DNA from: Patellaria atrata CBS 101060
Taxonomy: Eukaryota
Direction of reading: 5' to 3'
DNA: 64,000 nt
Assembly: GCA_010093705.1 (NCBI GenBank)
Contig: MU006095.1
Coordinates: forward strand, 558,001-622,000
A program made the position numbers and the translations under genes. The notes under the pieces are model-generated. The model made no database searches and was not told where the DNA came from. It saw only the letters and a list, made by a program, of their open reading frames with translations. Below, one piece after another: positions 37,399-49,237 of the stretch. The stretch's first letter is position 1. Each line of letters begins with the position of its first letter.

Positions 37399-39954
37399 CT
37401 AGTAGAATCCTCTACTCCTCTCGCTTCTTGATGGACTTGTCCTGCTTCTTTCATCCTCCTCGAGCACATCGCTCAACCGTGTTGGATGGTGGTGTCTGAG
37501 TCCCCACTCTCCGGTTCCCAGATTCCCACCGCTGCCATACGATGCACCTTCGTAATCAGGGTCGGATCCATACTGCACCCCACTACCAGAAGCCACGCCA
37601 GAACCTGAGGCGTAGCCGGGGCCTCCGTATCTTTGCGCGTGCTGTCTTTCGCGCTCGATATCATCGCCGACATCATAATCGTCGCTTGCTTCACTTCTGC
37701 TCACCGTGGGTTGTCGGTACGGTATTGGACGGCCTTCTGTATCGAGCATGATGTTGCCAGCGGCGTCTATTTGATACTCTTCCTCGTCCTCTTCAGTGGA
37801 TTGCACATACGACTGTGCGTCGGATGCTGTGCGAGGACGCCCCTGGGCGGAGTGGATGAAGGCATCTGGGTGTGCATAGAGGGCGCCGGCAGGGCCTTGC
37901 GAAGTAGAGTTGTAGGATTGTTGAGGTGGTTGTGATGATGGAGCTGTAGGACGAGTGGGTTGGAGAGGGGCGGGGGCAGTGACGGGATGAGAGGTTGGTG
38001 CTTGGGATTGAGGAACCGCTGTTCTTGCGGTTGTTCCTGATGAGGGTACTTGCTGCGTCCTGTACGATCCCTCCGCAATGCTTGGGACGTCTGGGGCATG
38101 TTGTTGGCGTTGATCTTGGGGAAGAGACTCCCCGCCATAGGGATCTGTGTTTGTGGGAGACTCGCCCTCTTCGTACGAATATCTTTGTCGTACACGAGGG
38201 TCTCTGCCGCTCTGGCTACCCGGAGCACTTTCCTCACCACGGTACGGATCGGCTTGACGCTGGCTCGATTGTCGACTTGCCATACCTGCGGCCATGGGAA
38301 CGACTTGGACACCGCCGATCAACGTAGGTTGGCCTTCGCGAAGTGACATGGTGCGTTCACGTTCTTCCTGTTCCCGTCTCCCTAGCTCTTCCCATGCTCT
38401 TCTCGCTTCTTCTTTGGAAATCTGCAGCTCACGTCTCATTTCTAAGACCAGCTTGTCTGCATTTCTCTTTGCTATTTCGGCGCGTTCTGCAGTTTCCACT
38501 GCTTCTACCCGCGCACGGCGTTCGACCTGGATTGTTCGCTCCAATTCCGCTTGCATTTCCCTTGCTCGTTCCTGTTCATTGCGTGTTTCGAAAAACCAAC
38601 GTTGGAACTTTCGCTCTGATGAGGCTCGCAACCTTTGCAATTCCACCACTGCGTGAAACAAATTGGCGCCAGCTGCTGATAGATCCGTAATCTGTCTCGA
38701 CATTTGCTGCGCTAAAGGCTCTCGTCGAACCTCTTCAACATTTTGTTCCAACCGTCGGATCCAAAATGATGTTAGCCCTTCCCAATGGGAAGAAAGCTGT
38801 TCCCATCTTTCGAATGCATGTGGAAATGTGGAGATTGTAGGATCTTTAGCCTGTGCACTTTGTGATGCTGAGGCACCAGCTGGAGCAGACGGTTGAGCCG
38901 TGGAGGGACCTGTACGGGGTTGTTGTGAAGTTCCCGGGGTCGCAGACGGCTGTCTCGAGTGAGCAGGTTGCGCACGGGAAGTTGAATGACCGGCAGAAGG
39001 AGCCTGTATCTGTTGTACGGGTCTCGGTTGACCTTGCGACTGAGATGTTGCGCGCGGCCTATGTGAAGGTGCACCGGTTGTATCTGCGGCGGGCAGTGTG
39101 GTAGGTTGATTTGGGGGACCACCTGCATTACCTAGGATCGTCTCCGGGTCTCTCACCGATGAACTTGGTGGCACCAATCCTCCTTCACTTACATTTGTTC
39201 GACGTGGTGCCGACGTATCTCTCGGCTGACCAGCAACGCCAGCTGCAGGGGGTCTCCTACTTTCATCCTGGGCTCGTGATTGTTCCTCAGCAGCTCTCTG
39301 CTCTTCTCGCCTTTTTGCGGCTTCGCGTTCCTGTCTTCGATTCATGATATCGCGAGGGGTCCGTACCTGACCAACTGGTACAGGGCCGGCCGCAGCGCGT
39401 GAGCCACCATTCGCAGAACGGCCACTACCTGCACCTGCTAGGCCTCCACCACTCAAATCTGACATCTGCGCGTTCTCCTCCACCCGATCCGGCGTGAATG
39501 GGTGGGGTTTACGGATGGCCTCTTCTAGGGTGTATAAGATGGCAGAAGCAGTACGTCTAGAAATGCGAAGGGCAGGATGGGGAGCAAAAGGATCGGAGGA
39601 AACAGAAGGATAGCGTTTGCGGCCGGAGCTGGAACCGACTTCTTCAGTGTCGGCAGCAAAGCGAACTGTTTGCTGCGGACGTGTTGAAGTCTCGAGTGAA
39701 GCGGATCTGGAACGCGGTTGCGGCTGCTGTTCCTCGAGATTCGGTGTGCGCCGAAGGCTGTGAGGAACGCTTCCAGAGGAACTCGAGGGTCTTGAAGGGT
39801 CTTGAGGACGAAAAATGGGTTGGAGATGCTGCTGGCGTTGCTGGAGAGAAGGAATATAAGTTTCGTTGCCGTAAACGTCGTGGGTCTCGTGAGTGGGTAC
39901 GCGTTGGGTTGGTTGTGACAGGTTTGGGGCTGCAGAGCTGCCTTGTGATGTCAA
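37399..39954 (-). CDS. Fungal coiled-coil protein of unknown function; start uncertain (TTG 39954 or ATG 39465)
   Basis: 851 open codons. Ordered core FPHAFERWEQLSSHWEGLTSFWIRRLE...GANLFHAVVELQRLRASSERKFQRWF, a coiled coil, and C-terminal HHHPTRLSDVLEEDERS. Confidence 0.88.
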   Translation of the reverse strand: MTSQGSSAAPNLSQPTQRVPTHETHDVYGNETYIPSLQQRQQHLQPIFRPQDPSRPSSSSGSVPHSLRRTPNLEEQQPQPRSRSASLETSTRPQQTVRFAADTEEVGSSSGRKRYPSVSSDPFAPHPALRISRRTASAILYTLEEAIRKPHPFTPDRVEENAQMSDLSGGGLAGAGSGRSANGGSRAAAGPVPVGQVRTPRDIMNRRQEREAAKRREEQRAAEEQSRAQDESRRPPAAGVAGQPRDTSAPRRTNVSEGGLVPPSSSVRDPETILGNAGGPPNQPTTLPAADTTGAPSHRPRATSQSQGQPRPVQQIQAPSAGHSTSRAQPAHSRQPSATPGTSQQPRTGPSTAQPSAPAGASASQSAQAKDPTISTFPHAFERWEQLSSHWEGLTSFWIRRLEQNVEEVRREPLAQQMSRQITDLSAAGANLFHAVVELQRLRASSERKFQRWFFETRNEQERAREMQAELERTIQVERRARVEAVETAERAEIAKRNADKLVLEMRRELQISKEEARRAWEELGRREQEERERTMSLREGQPTLIGGVQVVPMAAGMASRQSSQRQADPYRGEESAPGSQSGRDPRVRQRYSYEEGESPTNTDPYGGESLPQDQRQQHAPDVPSIAEGSYRTQQVPSSGTTARTAVPQSQAPTSHPVTAPAPLQPTRPTAPSSQPPQQSYNSTSQGPAGALYAHPDAFIHSAQGRPRTASDAQSYVQSTEEDEEEYQIDAAGNIMLDTEGRPIPYRQPTVSRSEASDDYDVGDDIERERQHAQRYGGPGYASGSGVASGSGVQYGSDPDYEGASYGSGGNLGTGEWGLRHHHPTRLSDVLEEDERSRTSPSRSERSRGFY

Positions 39955-41612
39955 TTTGACTGTACAGGCAAACCCCTAGCGGTCTACAAGGCTCTGGTAA
40001 GAGGGGCGACGGCGTAAATTATGAATTATTCTCCCAAAATGTAGAGAGGAGGGATAGGGTTATTGTGAGGTTGTAGTGTTTACAAAAGCTTCGAGGGAGC
40101 AATTCGAAGGCGCAAAATCCGTGGCAAGGAAAAAAAGACGGCCTGAGAAAATCATGGATTAGTATGATATGAAGAAGGGTGAAAAGATTTGTCTAGGGGT
40201 GAATTGGTCCAGCTTGTAGAGTTGTAAAGCGGTCGAGGTGGCTGGAGGCTGGTGGAGCTCTCTCTTCGAAATGGCTGGGTGACGGTGAAAAAAGGTGGCA
40301 GGTGCCGATAAAGCTGGGCTTTACTGTACCCTTGCCGAGCTTCCAGCTTGGAGCAATTTTGAAGCTTCAGCAACTCTTTTGAAGAAAAAATCTTTAAACT
40401 TACTGCACGTCATTACCATTGACCGCTTGTTGCCCAAATATCGTGTCGCGATCTCAATTGCTCTTTCATATGCAGTGGACGGATGCAATTTGAGGGTCTT
40501 GAGCGGTCGGTCCTCGCCTCAACCGAGTCGGCGACAACAAAAGCTCAACAACGTCACGACGAAGAAATCATAACGACAAGCGAACACTGAAGATGAGGCG
40601 CGGAAGGAGAAGAACAGCTCAATTGGATGCATACGACTGACATGCCTAAGGTGGAGGAGGCGACTGGAACGAATGCGATGTGAGAGAAGAGGATGATGAT
40701 GATGATGATGCGAGGTAGAGGTACCGTTTTACTGGCCGGACTCGGTTCCCAAGCCACTGTATAACGTTGCCAACGTCGAAATCGGGCTTTGTGGTGGTCT
40801 GGATACGCGTAGGACATGCGAAAGAAGAGCTTTCAGGCTTACGAACCGACCGCAAGTAAAGAGAATGCGGGAAGGGGGTGAAAAGGAAACCTTGGAGTAC
40901 TCCAGTCGTATCGTTCCTGATTGTTTGTGGGAAAAAGTTACAAGCTAAGGCTTGCCATGCTCACAACGCATACCTGCATAAGCGCCTTGGACAGATGCCC
41001 ATCATCTTTTGTCCATCGCCTTGAAAGCTCGAAAAGAAAAAGCAGATTCCATTTCAAAAGTACGGAGAGAAGAAGAGGTCTTTACGCTGTTATGATCTTG
41101 GATGACAATCCTGTCCTTGGTCTCGATGGCTCAACGACAAAGCTATGCCATACTCAATGGAAAGGATTCCTATCAGATCAGGTTTCATTTGAGATGCTAG
41201 TCTTCTTTATACTCGTCAAATCACTCCGACGTTCTGTCTGTGGACATTCCTCACGGTTCTCATACCACATTCCTGGGTAGATTGGTTAGTTAGCCTATCT
41301 AGACATTCCGGTATTCAATCAACTTACGGCCTTTACTATAGAAGCCGTCGCGTGCCGAAATTAGGATATGGTTTCTGCATCGGAAAAAAGTATGTTCGGG
41401 TGTTCATAAAATCGTGTTTCGACCAGGACATATATAGTGCCGCCGGACCTCGTTATTCTCGAGCTATGCCTGGAACCACCATTCTATGAGACCCTTTTAT
41501 ACTCCAGTAAGCAGAGTAAACGATGGGCTGACGTACAGGTACCATAAGCCGCGAGATATACCATTGATAAACGAGCTAAGTTGGTGTTTTCTCGTACTGA
41601 CGGGAGTTATTC

Positions 41613-42458
41613 CTAAAACATGCAGAAGCATGTACGGTGGTATACAACATCTTCATCATCATCCGTCTCTTCGGATACCTTACGGCTTCTTTTCTTTCCC
41701 TTCTTTCTCGTACGGTTGTTGGATTGTACCGGAATCTCCTCAATCTCTCCTTCCTCTGGTTCCTCTGGTCCCATTAACCTTCTCAGTTCCCTCATCTTCC
41801 CAGCGGCTCTCTTCGCTACCGTATCCGCCTTGTTATTCCCCCCGATACAATGACCTGGGATCCACCTGAGTTCAATGGCGATCTTCAGGTCACTTAGTTT
41901 CTTTGCCAACCTCCGTATCTTTTGTACAATCTCTGATAATGGCTCTGATAATGGCTTTTTCAGTAAACCACCTATACCGCGTACCCCATGCAGCGAGTCT
42001 GTTAAGACAACGACTTGCTGTATATGGGGACCGCTCAGGGACCCAGCGATTTCGAGTGCCCTGGCGATCCCTTCCAACTCCGCAGCCGTACTCTCCCCAT
42101 GCCCGACCTGGAACCCGTACACTTCACTCTTCTGCCATTCCGAAGAGGCTGGTGTCTTATACACCACCGCAGCTCCTCCTGCCGTCTTGTATCCCTCGCC
42201 CTGCACCGAACCATCTGCCCAAAACACCAGCCTCTCCGGCACGATGGCTCTTTGGCTCTCTCTGAGCCCTGCGGCTTTTGCCTCTTCCCTTGGCTTGATG
42301 ACGATAGAGCCAGGGAACTCTGTTGGCACCCCTGTACTCTCTGTCGATGGTTGGGGAACAACGCCGCCCCTTTGGAGGTTTGTACGGAGTTTTTTATTGC
42401 CTCGGCTTTCGTCGTTGCCGAGTGAGCGCTTGTTCGTCTGTTGCCCAGCAGGGAGCAT
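41613..42458 (-). CDS. Stand-alone RNase H1-like protein (non-LTR retrotransposon-type RNase H domain)
   Basis: Motifs FWADGS, AELEGIARAL, LTDS, WIPGH and GNNKADTVAK give an intact D-E-D-H-D set. Single exon, ATG at 42458, basic and acidic C-terminal tail. Confidence 0.8.
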   Translation of the reverse strand: MLPAGQQTNKRSLGNDESRGNKKLRTNLQRGGVVPQPSTESTGVPTEFPGSIVIKPREEAKAAGLRESQRAIVPERLVFWADGSVQGEGYKTAGGAAVVYKTPASSEWQKSEVYGFQVGHGESTAAELEGIARALEIAGSLSGPHIQQVVVLTDSLHGVRGIGGLLKKPLSEPLSEIVQKIRRLAKKLSDLKIAIELRWIPGHCIGGNNKADTVAKRAAGKMRELRRLMGPEEPEEGEIEEIPVQSNNRTRKKGKKRSRKVSEETDDDEDVVYHRTCFCMF

Positions 42459-43831
42459 TGTGTGATCGAAGAGATATGCGTACGTGTACGCGACGTTCAA
42501 AATTGATGTGTGGTTGTGGTAGGTTGACCGATAGCTAGGTTCGACAGAGGGTGTGTGATGATGCAGTGTATTTTAGACCAGCAAACAGCACTTTCAACAT
42601 ACCATTCGCTTACCGCCTTGTCAACAGCGTTTTGCTAAATGGAGCAGGAACGGCCTTTTGCGGTCGACCGACACGGCAAGTGCAAATAGGGGTCTACGAT
42701 CCCAATACCTTAGGGATGCAGCTTCAAATGTCAGCATGTAGGTATTGTCAAAATCATTTCCCTTTCACTTTTACTAGGTCTATCTGTTCTTTCATAATAT
42801 CGGAGTATTATGCCTCTCCCTTCTGCATCAACCGCTATAGGCGACTTCAACAAGCGCTGTTTATTGTACAGTCAGACCTGTGCGCAACTAGCCCCTCCTT
42901 TCAAGTTTTATGAAGCACGCCCTCCGTCTCTTAATCAATATCAGCGTCAGTCTTTTCCTAAACTCGACTGTATACAATCATCCCCCTACGCAAGATCTGG
43001 CGTACCTCCAACCTGCAACTTCACCCTCCCCGTCTTTCAGTCTACGGAATTACGACATCTTCAACAAAAGTCCCTGCTGTACATCATACACACATCCAAC
43101 TGTAGGCGCAAATTGAGCTCTCCCACCTCACTTCAAGTCCTTTATCCCACACAGCGAACGGCCTTCCAATCCATCTGTCAATTGTCCCGTCCCACGCATA
43201 CTCAAGCGCAGACGTAATCTCAAGCTGTACCCGCTCTATTGTACCCCTCTTCTCTATCTTTTATACGTAGTACGTGGTAAATTCAATGGTACGGAGTACC
43301 CTTTTGCTTTCGTTCTGTGTCGGATGACGTTGGTGATTCTGTGCGCAAAATCCCCGTAATTCCCGAAGTCAGGCCGAACCAGCCCAAACACTGAGATTTG
43401 TGCTCGTACGTCTGTTAGGATGGGAGTAAAGGCCGTATTGTATACTTGACACCGATATTATTTTCTACATACCATCCGAGAAAGGGATGGAGACTCTTCA
43501 TGGTCGAACAAGAGCATGTGATATCCAGATTACCTCGTACGGTTGCCCTGACAACAGGCTACTCCGCTCTGAAGCATCGGTTGACGCCAGATGACACAAG
43601 TCTTTTTAGGGTATAGTTCACTAAGACGTTAGGGAGGAAAGCGATGGTAAAGATGTACCTGTTGTGCAAAAGGAAGATACTACTTCAAATATCCTATCAT
43701 TATATTTACTCATTATCTTCCATTTCCGGATTGATTTATACATATCCTGCATAATTCCCCATTATTTTACTTCAAATCCACTCATATGAACTCCGTCGTC
43801 TCCCACATCCTTTCCCCCGCCCCCCCCCCCC

Positions 43832-45622
43832 CTACGCAGACGTCGTAGCAGTAGGTTCGGGCAAGGGCACAAACGGCTCCGTATGCGTACTCTCCGCTGT
43901 CCCATTCGTCCCATAATCCCCAGTAACAACCCTCCCCCCATCCGCCAACACAAGATGATGCAACGTGCGTCTGAAATGTTCCAACGTCGCCACGGGTTGA
44001 TAATACGGCGTCTCATGTCCCGCCTCATAGATCCGCGTGAAGCTAAAATTCCCATACTCCCTCACCTCGCCATACTCGACCCCATCGACCGTGAACGGGA
44101 CGTACCCCGCGGCGCGGAACCGATCGGAGTGGGTGTAGTTGAGGGCGAGGGCGACTGCTTCGCCGCCGAACCAGTTGCAGATGTAGTCCGCGTCGCCGTA
44201 CTGCAGGGCGACGCGGACGCCGCGGTCGAGGATGCTTTCGAGGTCGGATTTGAAGTTTGGCCAGACGAAATCGCCGGTCTGTTGGAAGCCGGTGCTGACG
44301 TAGGGGCTGCTGGCGCGGGTGTAGTTAATATTTACGCCGAGGGCTTCTTGGGTGGAAGCGAGGTTGAGGAAGTCCAGGAAGTAGTCTTACGCTGGAGTTA
44401 GCTTTTCGCGTTGCAAAAGGTGGCGACGTGCATTCCGGGATTCGGGAAATGCGAGACTCACCTGGAGGGGTGGGATCATCGTATGGATGTCTGATGTCGT
44501 ATACACCACGACCGCCGAACTCGTAATATGGTTGCTCGACTAGGCTGCGGCACATTGTGGTCGCTGCGGAACAAACGCGGTAGCCCTCTTCGGTGCTTCT
44601 GTCGAGTAATGCGCAGTAGGCGATCTGGTCTCTGCAACCGCTGGGGAAGTAATAAGCCTGCTTCATGAACGTGTAAACGGTATCATTGATTGCTTTGATT
44701 CCGTAGGTATTGTTGACGGCAAACTCGGGATAGTAGGGTGCTTGAATGCCTTCGTCGATGAGGCCGTTAATGATGCCCAAAGTATCCATTTGGAGCGCAG
44801 TACCCGGCATGGTGCCATTCTGGATAGCTAGATTTTGGTCGTAGAAATAATCATAAAAGCCAGGACCGTAATGACCCCCGTACGACTCGGTCCACAAATT
44901 GAAAGTGCGGTTGCTAATGTCGGAATCTATTCTAGTTGATAGGTCTAAGAAAGCTTGGATGATATGCCATGCGCCCACGGCAGCAGCATCGGTGGTGTTC
45001 GTCGTGTCTGGATCAACTATGGAGTATCTTCCGTCTGGAGGGGCTTCCGTAGAATTGAGGAATTCGCCAGTTTCCGGGTCTACGCTCCCTAAGACGGTCG
45101 TTTCGTAAGAAAAGCCTACCCCGACGGGTTGCGACAGGTAAAGCATGTTCGAGACTTCATTCCAAGAATACGGGTTCAGCTGGGTTTTCAGTTCTTCAGT
45201 CACGTTGCATGGTCCATGTTCCTGGAAGAGACCGATGAGCGAGTCGGAACCGGGACCACCATTCAACCACCTTTAAAATCAGTCATTATCTGGTGAGCAT
45301 TAGAGTTACATTGTGCTTACAGAGTCAGCGGTTTCTCAGACGGGTTTTCTCTCGCTTCGAAAAACCAAAAGAACATGTTGGTCTTCTCATTCAAGGATAT
45401 ATATCCAGCATAATCATCAACACCTTCAGTTGTTTCGCAGACACCCGCTTTCCCGGGTTGCTTGTATCGAATCTTCGCTCCCTGAGCAGATATTATCTCC
45501 GTAACACCTGTGGGGTCTGCGGGAACTTGACGTTTGATTATATGGCCTGGGATAGATCGAGCAAGGCCGAATGAGGAAACAGACGCCGCAACGATGGCAA
45601 CGGACACGAGAGACGTCAACAT
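43832..45622 (-). CDS. Secreted serine carboxypeptidase (peptidase S10, carboxypeptidase S1-like); introns near 45271-45319 and 44388-44460
   Basis: Signal peptide, [20 protein letters not shown], catalytic Ser in [20 protein letters not shown] and catalytic His in [11 protein letters not shown]. Confidence 0.93.
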
Positions 45623-46296
45623 TATGGGACAATTGGATGAGTAAGCCCAAAGTGTTCTTCTGGGAAATAACCAGGTCAATGGGAACCAAAAGTATCATAA
45701 CTACTTCGGCCTAGAAGGACCATTATATACGTTCTTCTCCCATGACGTTGACTTGGGCTAGGTCACTGCCTCACTGGATTCACCTGCGGCTTCCCGCGGG
45801 ATCATCGGCTTGCTACCATAATTGGGCCTAAAGGAGGTTTAGGTAGGCATGGGAAGTATGTCCTTGTCCATGGATGAGCCGTTAAGGTAGCTCAAATGTT
45901 GTGTGACGGGCGAAGTACTGCGTGCTGCTTCCATTGTGATGACGTTGAGATTATAAACCGGTAGCTCGGTTGAAGATATTGTATTTTCCTAGGGACCTTG
46001 TCTTTTATCGAAGCTTTTGGGCAAGCAACATGGATTTCTTAGCTGTGTATGCAAGCCTAAGGTAGGTAAAATAACCAGGCAACCTGTAAGGTAGACCCCA
46101 TTCCTTTGTCACAGTAGGGTAGGCATCCTTCGGTGTTTGAAGGCTTCCCGAACACATGATGACAAATCCTGTTAGTTTTTAGCTCTTAACAATCTTGACA
46201 TTTCTGTATAGTACGACTAATAAGTTAGAATATTTCATAGAAGTACCCTAAACTTACTGTGGTGAGCATTCCCCCGTCGCATAATTGAAGTAGGTA

Positions 46297-46373
46297 GGGG
46301 AGGGGCGAGGGGGGAGGAGGAGGGAGGAGGAGGGGGGAGGAGGAGGGAGGAGGGGGGAGGACGGGGGAGGGGG
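46297..46373 (+). repeat. G/A-rich (GGA/GGG) low-complexity tract with G-quadruplex potential
   Basis: ggggaggggcgaggggggaggaggagggaggaggaggggggaggaggagggaggaggggggaggacgggggagggggg-like run of G tracts. Confidence 0.85.
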
Positions 46374-46915
46374 TATCAGAATTTTACCTTAGGTTGTTAT
46401 ACTGGATACCTTAGAACTCATTTACTTATTTCGACAAGGATGACCTGAATAAGATAGTTATCAGATAAGGTAAGTGCGTACTGTACCCCGCCATATGCAG
46501 ATCGAAATCCTCACCAATGGACAACTAATTAGGCAGGTACTTAAGCATAGAACGACAGATCGAACAGGGTAAGGTAAGAACCATTAATTCACAGGAACAA
46601 CCTCGGCGCAGAATTGATAGTGAGCAATCCCTTAAGTTGTGCCTTAGGGTATATAAGGTAACTCATAAGGTAACTCATAAGGTAAGCAGTGGGGTATTTG
46701 AATGAGAGAATATGAGAGCAATAATTTACCTAAGGAGCGTGGAGCATGGAGCCATCTCAGCTCCGTTCAAAAAGATATACAGGTCCCTTAGGTTATTTCT
46801 TAGATCTAAGAAATGAAGGTCGTTGATCCATCACAAGTAGTTCGACTGGGCATCTCTATACGGTATCGGACGTATTTTGACGCCTGTCGATAACCGCACA
46901 ATGATCACACAATGT

Positions 46916-48161
46916 CTACGTTCCTTTACCATACTTTGCCAACAGTTCCTTCATCACACTCACCGCTCCACTCCGATAACCCCCTCCGAAAAGAGCATGA
47001 TGATTCAATTGGTGATAGAGCATATAAAGCTGCACCCTATCCTCGTACTCCTCAGATGGCTCTGTTTTCGGACAGATCTCATGGTACTCGCGAAGGAATG
47101 CTTTCCCAAAGCCCCCGAACATCCTCATGATTCCTAACTCGTACTCGCTGTGAGCATAGCATGAGGAAGGGTCAAACACCACATCCTGCACCGACGTCGA
47201 GTCTCCGATAGAACCCCGTGAGGCATTCCCGGACCAGAGATCCCCATGGACAACGACTGGAGTGACGCCTTCACCATTGTTCAGATGGGAGGCGGAGAGC
47301 AATCGAGGTACCACCTGCGAGATTGTCTGCTCAACCAGCTCCCGCAGACCAGCGTCCGATCCATTCGCCATCTCACTCCGAGCCAGTATGAATCTGAGCC
47401 TATTCTCTCCGAAGAATTCCGCCCAATCTTCCTTCCAACTGTTGTCCTGCGGTGTGTCTCCGCAGCACGTTGTTACCGGGAAGCCAAACATCGGTTTTGA
47501 GTAGTTTTCCGGGATGGGTGCGGGTGTCGTGTGAAGCCGCGCAAGGTTGGTTGCGAGACTGGTCCCTGAAGAGCCGGATGATGATCGGGATGTTAGGCGT
47601 AGGAAATCTTCTACAAGGAAGTAGGTTGAGGGAGATGAGGTGAAGCGACCCCATCCATACGCGTCGGGGCATATCGTAGGACATGCAGCATGGAGAGCAC
47701 GGAAGGATGCATATTCGCCTTTAGAATTCGGAGTATTAGTCAATGCTTGATCAGTGATTCGTCCAGACCCCGTCGTGACATTCCTCGCCTAGCCTCAAGG
47801 GTTTCTCCTACTGTGCTTTACAGACAAGAGGTGAATGGACCAGATATCTGCAACTGTACTGTACAAAGCACCCCAGGACATATAATCTGCTTGCATATGT
47901 CTACTCTTGAAACGGCCTCGACATCTGAATACAGGAAATTCGACCAGAACACCGATCGGGCAATAGCATACCTTCGAACATGATCTCCGCATCTTTTCCC
48001 GTTCCGGTTTTCATGAACCAATTCATTTCTTTACCATCGGAAAGCTTCGTAGTAATCCTCAGCGTTGAGGCAGACGAGCAACCACCGCCGCCATGAGACA
48101 CGACGCTTGTTCGATCGGGGTCTAGGTTGAGGAGCTTCAAGACCGCTTCATCGACTTTCAT
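46916..48161 (-). CDS. Fructosamine/ketosamine-3-kinase family protein; one intron of about 250 nt (about 47720-47971)
   Basis: WFMKTG...MFEG|EYASFRALH, FGFPVTTCCGDTPQDN, VVHGDLWSGN, HSEYELGIM and LYHQLNH. Confidence 0.93.
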
Positions 48162-49237
48162 GGTGACTGGCGTGATTTGCCCGCACAAGGCAGATATAAT
48201 GGCAAAGAAGCATCGATGTACTTATGTGGGACGGAAGTTGTTCCAATATATGAGGTGAGTCAGGATAAGCGGTGGATGACGCAGACCAGGCTGCCGATTA
48301 GAACTGTAGGTTTCGTCACGGAGATAAAAGTAGTGATATTGACTCAGTTATGCTTAAACGAGCATCTTCTCTATTTCTTCCTCCTTTGGTAATGAACCTT
48401 TCCAATTGTATAAGGTATTATTGAATCGAGCACTGTGTACCTAAATCTGATTTTTTGAATACTGTACAAAAGTATGGAGTCCCTTAATGGGGCACGATTA
48501 TTCAATAAGATGAGGAACTGAGAACTAAACTAGCCCAACTGAGCCTAGCTTTAACAGTGCTATAGTACCATCACCCCTTCTCTCTGTGCTGTGTCATCGT
48601 CCTCAATTTGAGATATCATGTTTGCACAAAGGAGATCTGGAGTACCAAATACGCAACGTGCTTCACGAAAGACTCCTGATCTGACATCCAGACGCATTTG
48701 GCCTTGGTGATGGGATTCTCCTATATGTTCGTCACTATGCAAGTTTGAATGTAAATGGGAAGACAAGCTGAATGATTATAATCATTTTGAAGTCTGGATA
48801 CCCTTCTAAGGAAGAGTGTTGGGTCTTCATATTTCTGATCCAATTTGAATCCGTTTAAACGGATTTGACCAGTAGTTCGTCTGGGAATCCATTGACCTAC
48901 TACTTCGTAAGGTACAGCACTCCCCACCCTCAGGGGGAATTATATCGAATATAAGAGTACAATATCACCTAACTGAAGATTACGCGACTGCCCCACTAGA
49001 AAGGTACTTGCGATTAACAAGACCCCATACAGCCCGAGAAAAGCGAGGGTTTCCTCAAATTCTGGCTATATCGATCACATTGTCTGACACTTCTCTGAAA
49101 TGGTTTATTTACAATATTCATAAAATGAGTTCGTGCTCGGTAGACTTCAATGTCTCATCTTACTTATATTCTTTTGATTTTAAATCCAACAAAAGATGAA
49201 ACCTCCGACGCCGTATTCCTAAAATTCAAAATCGCTT

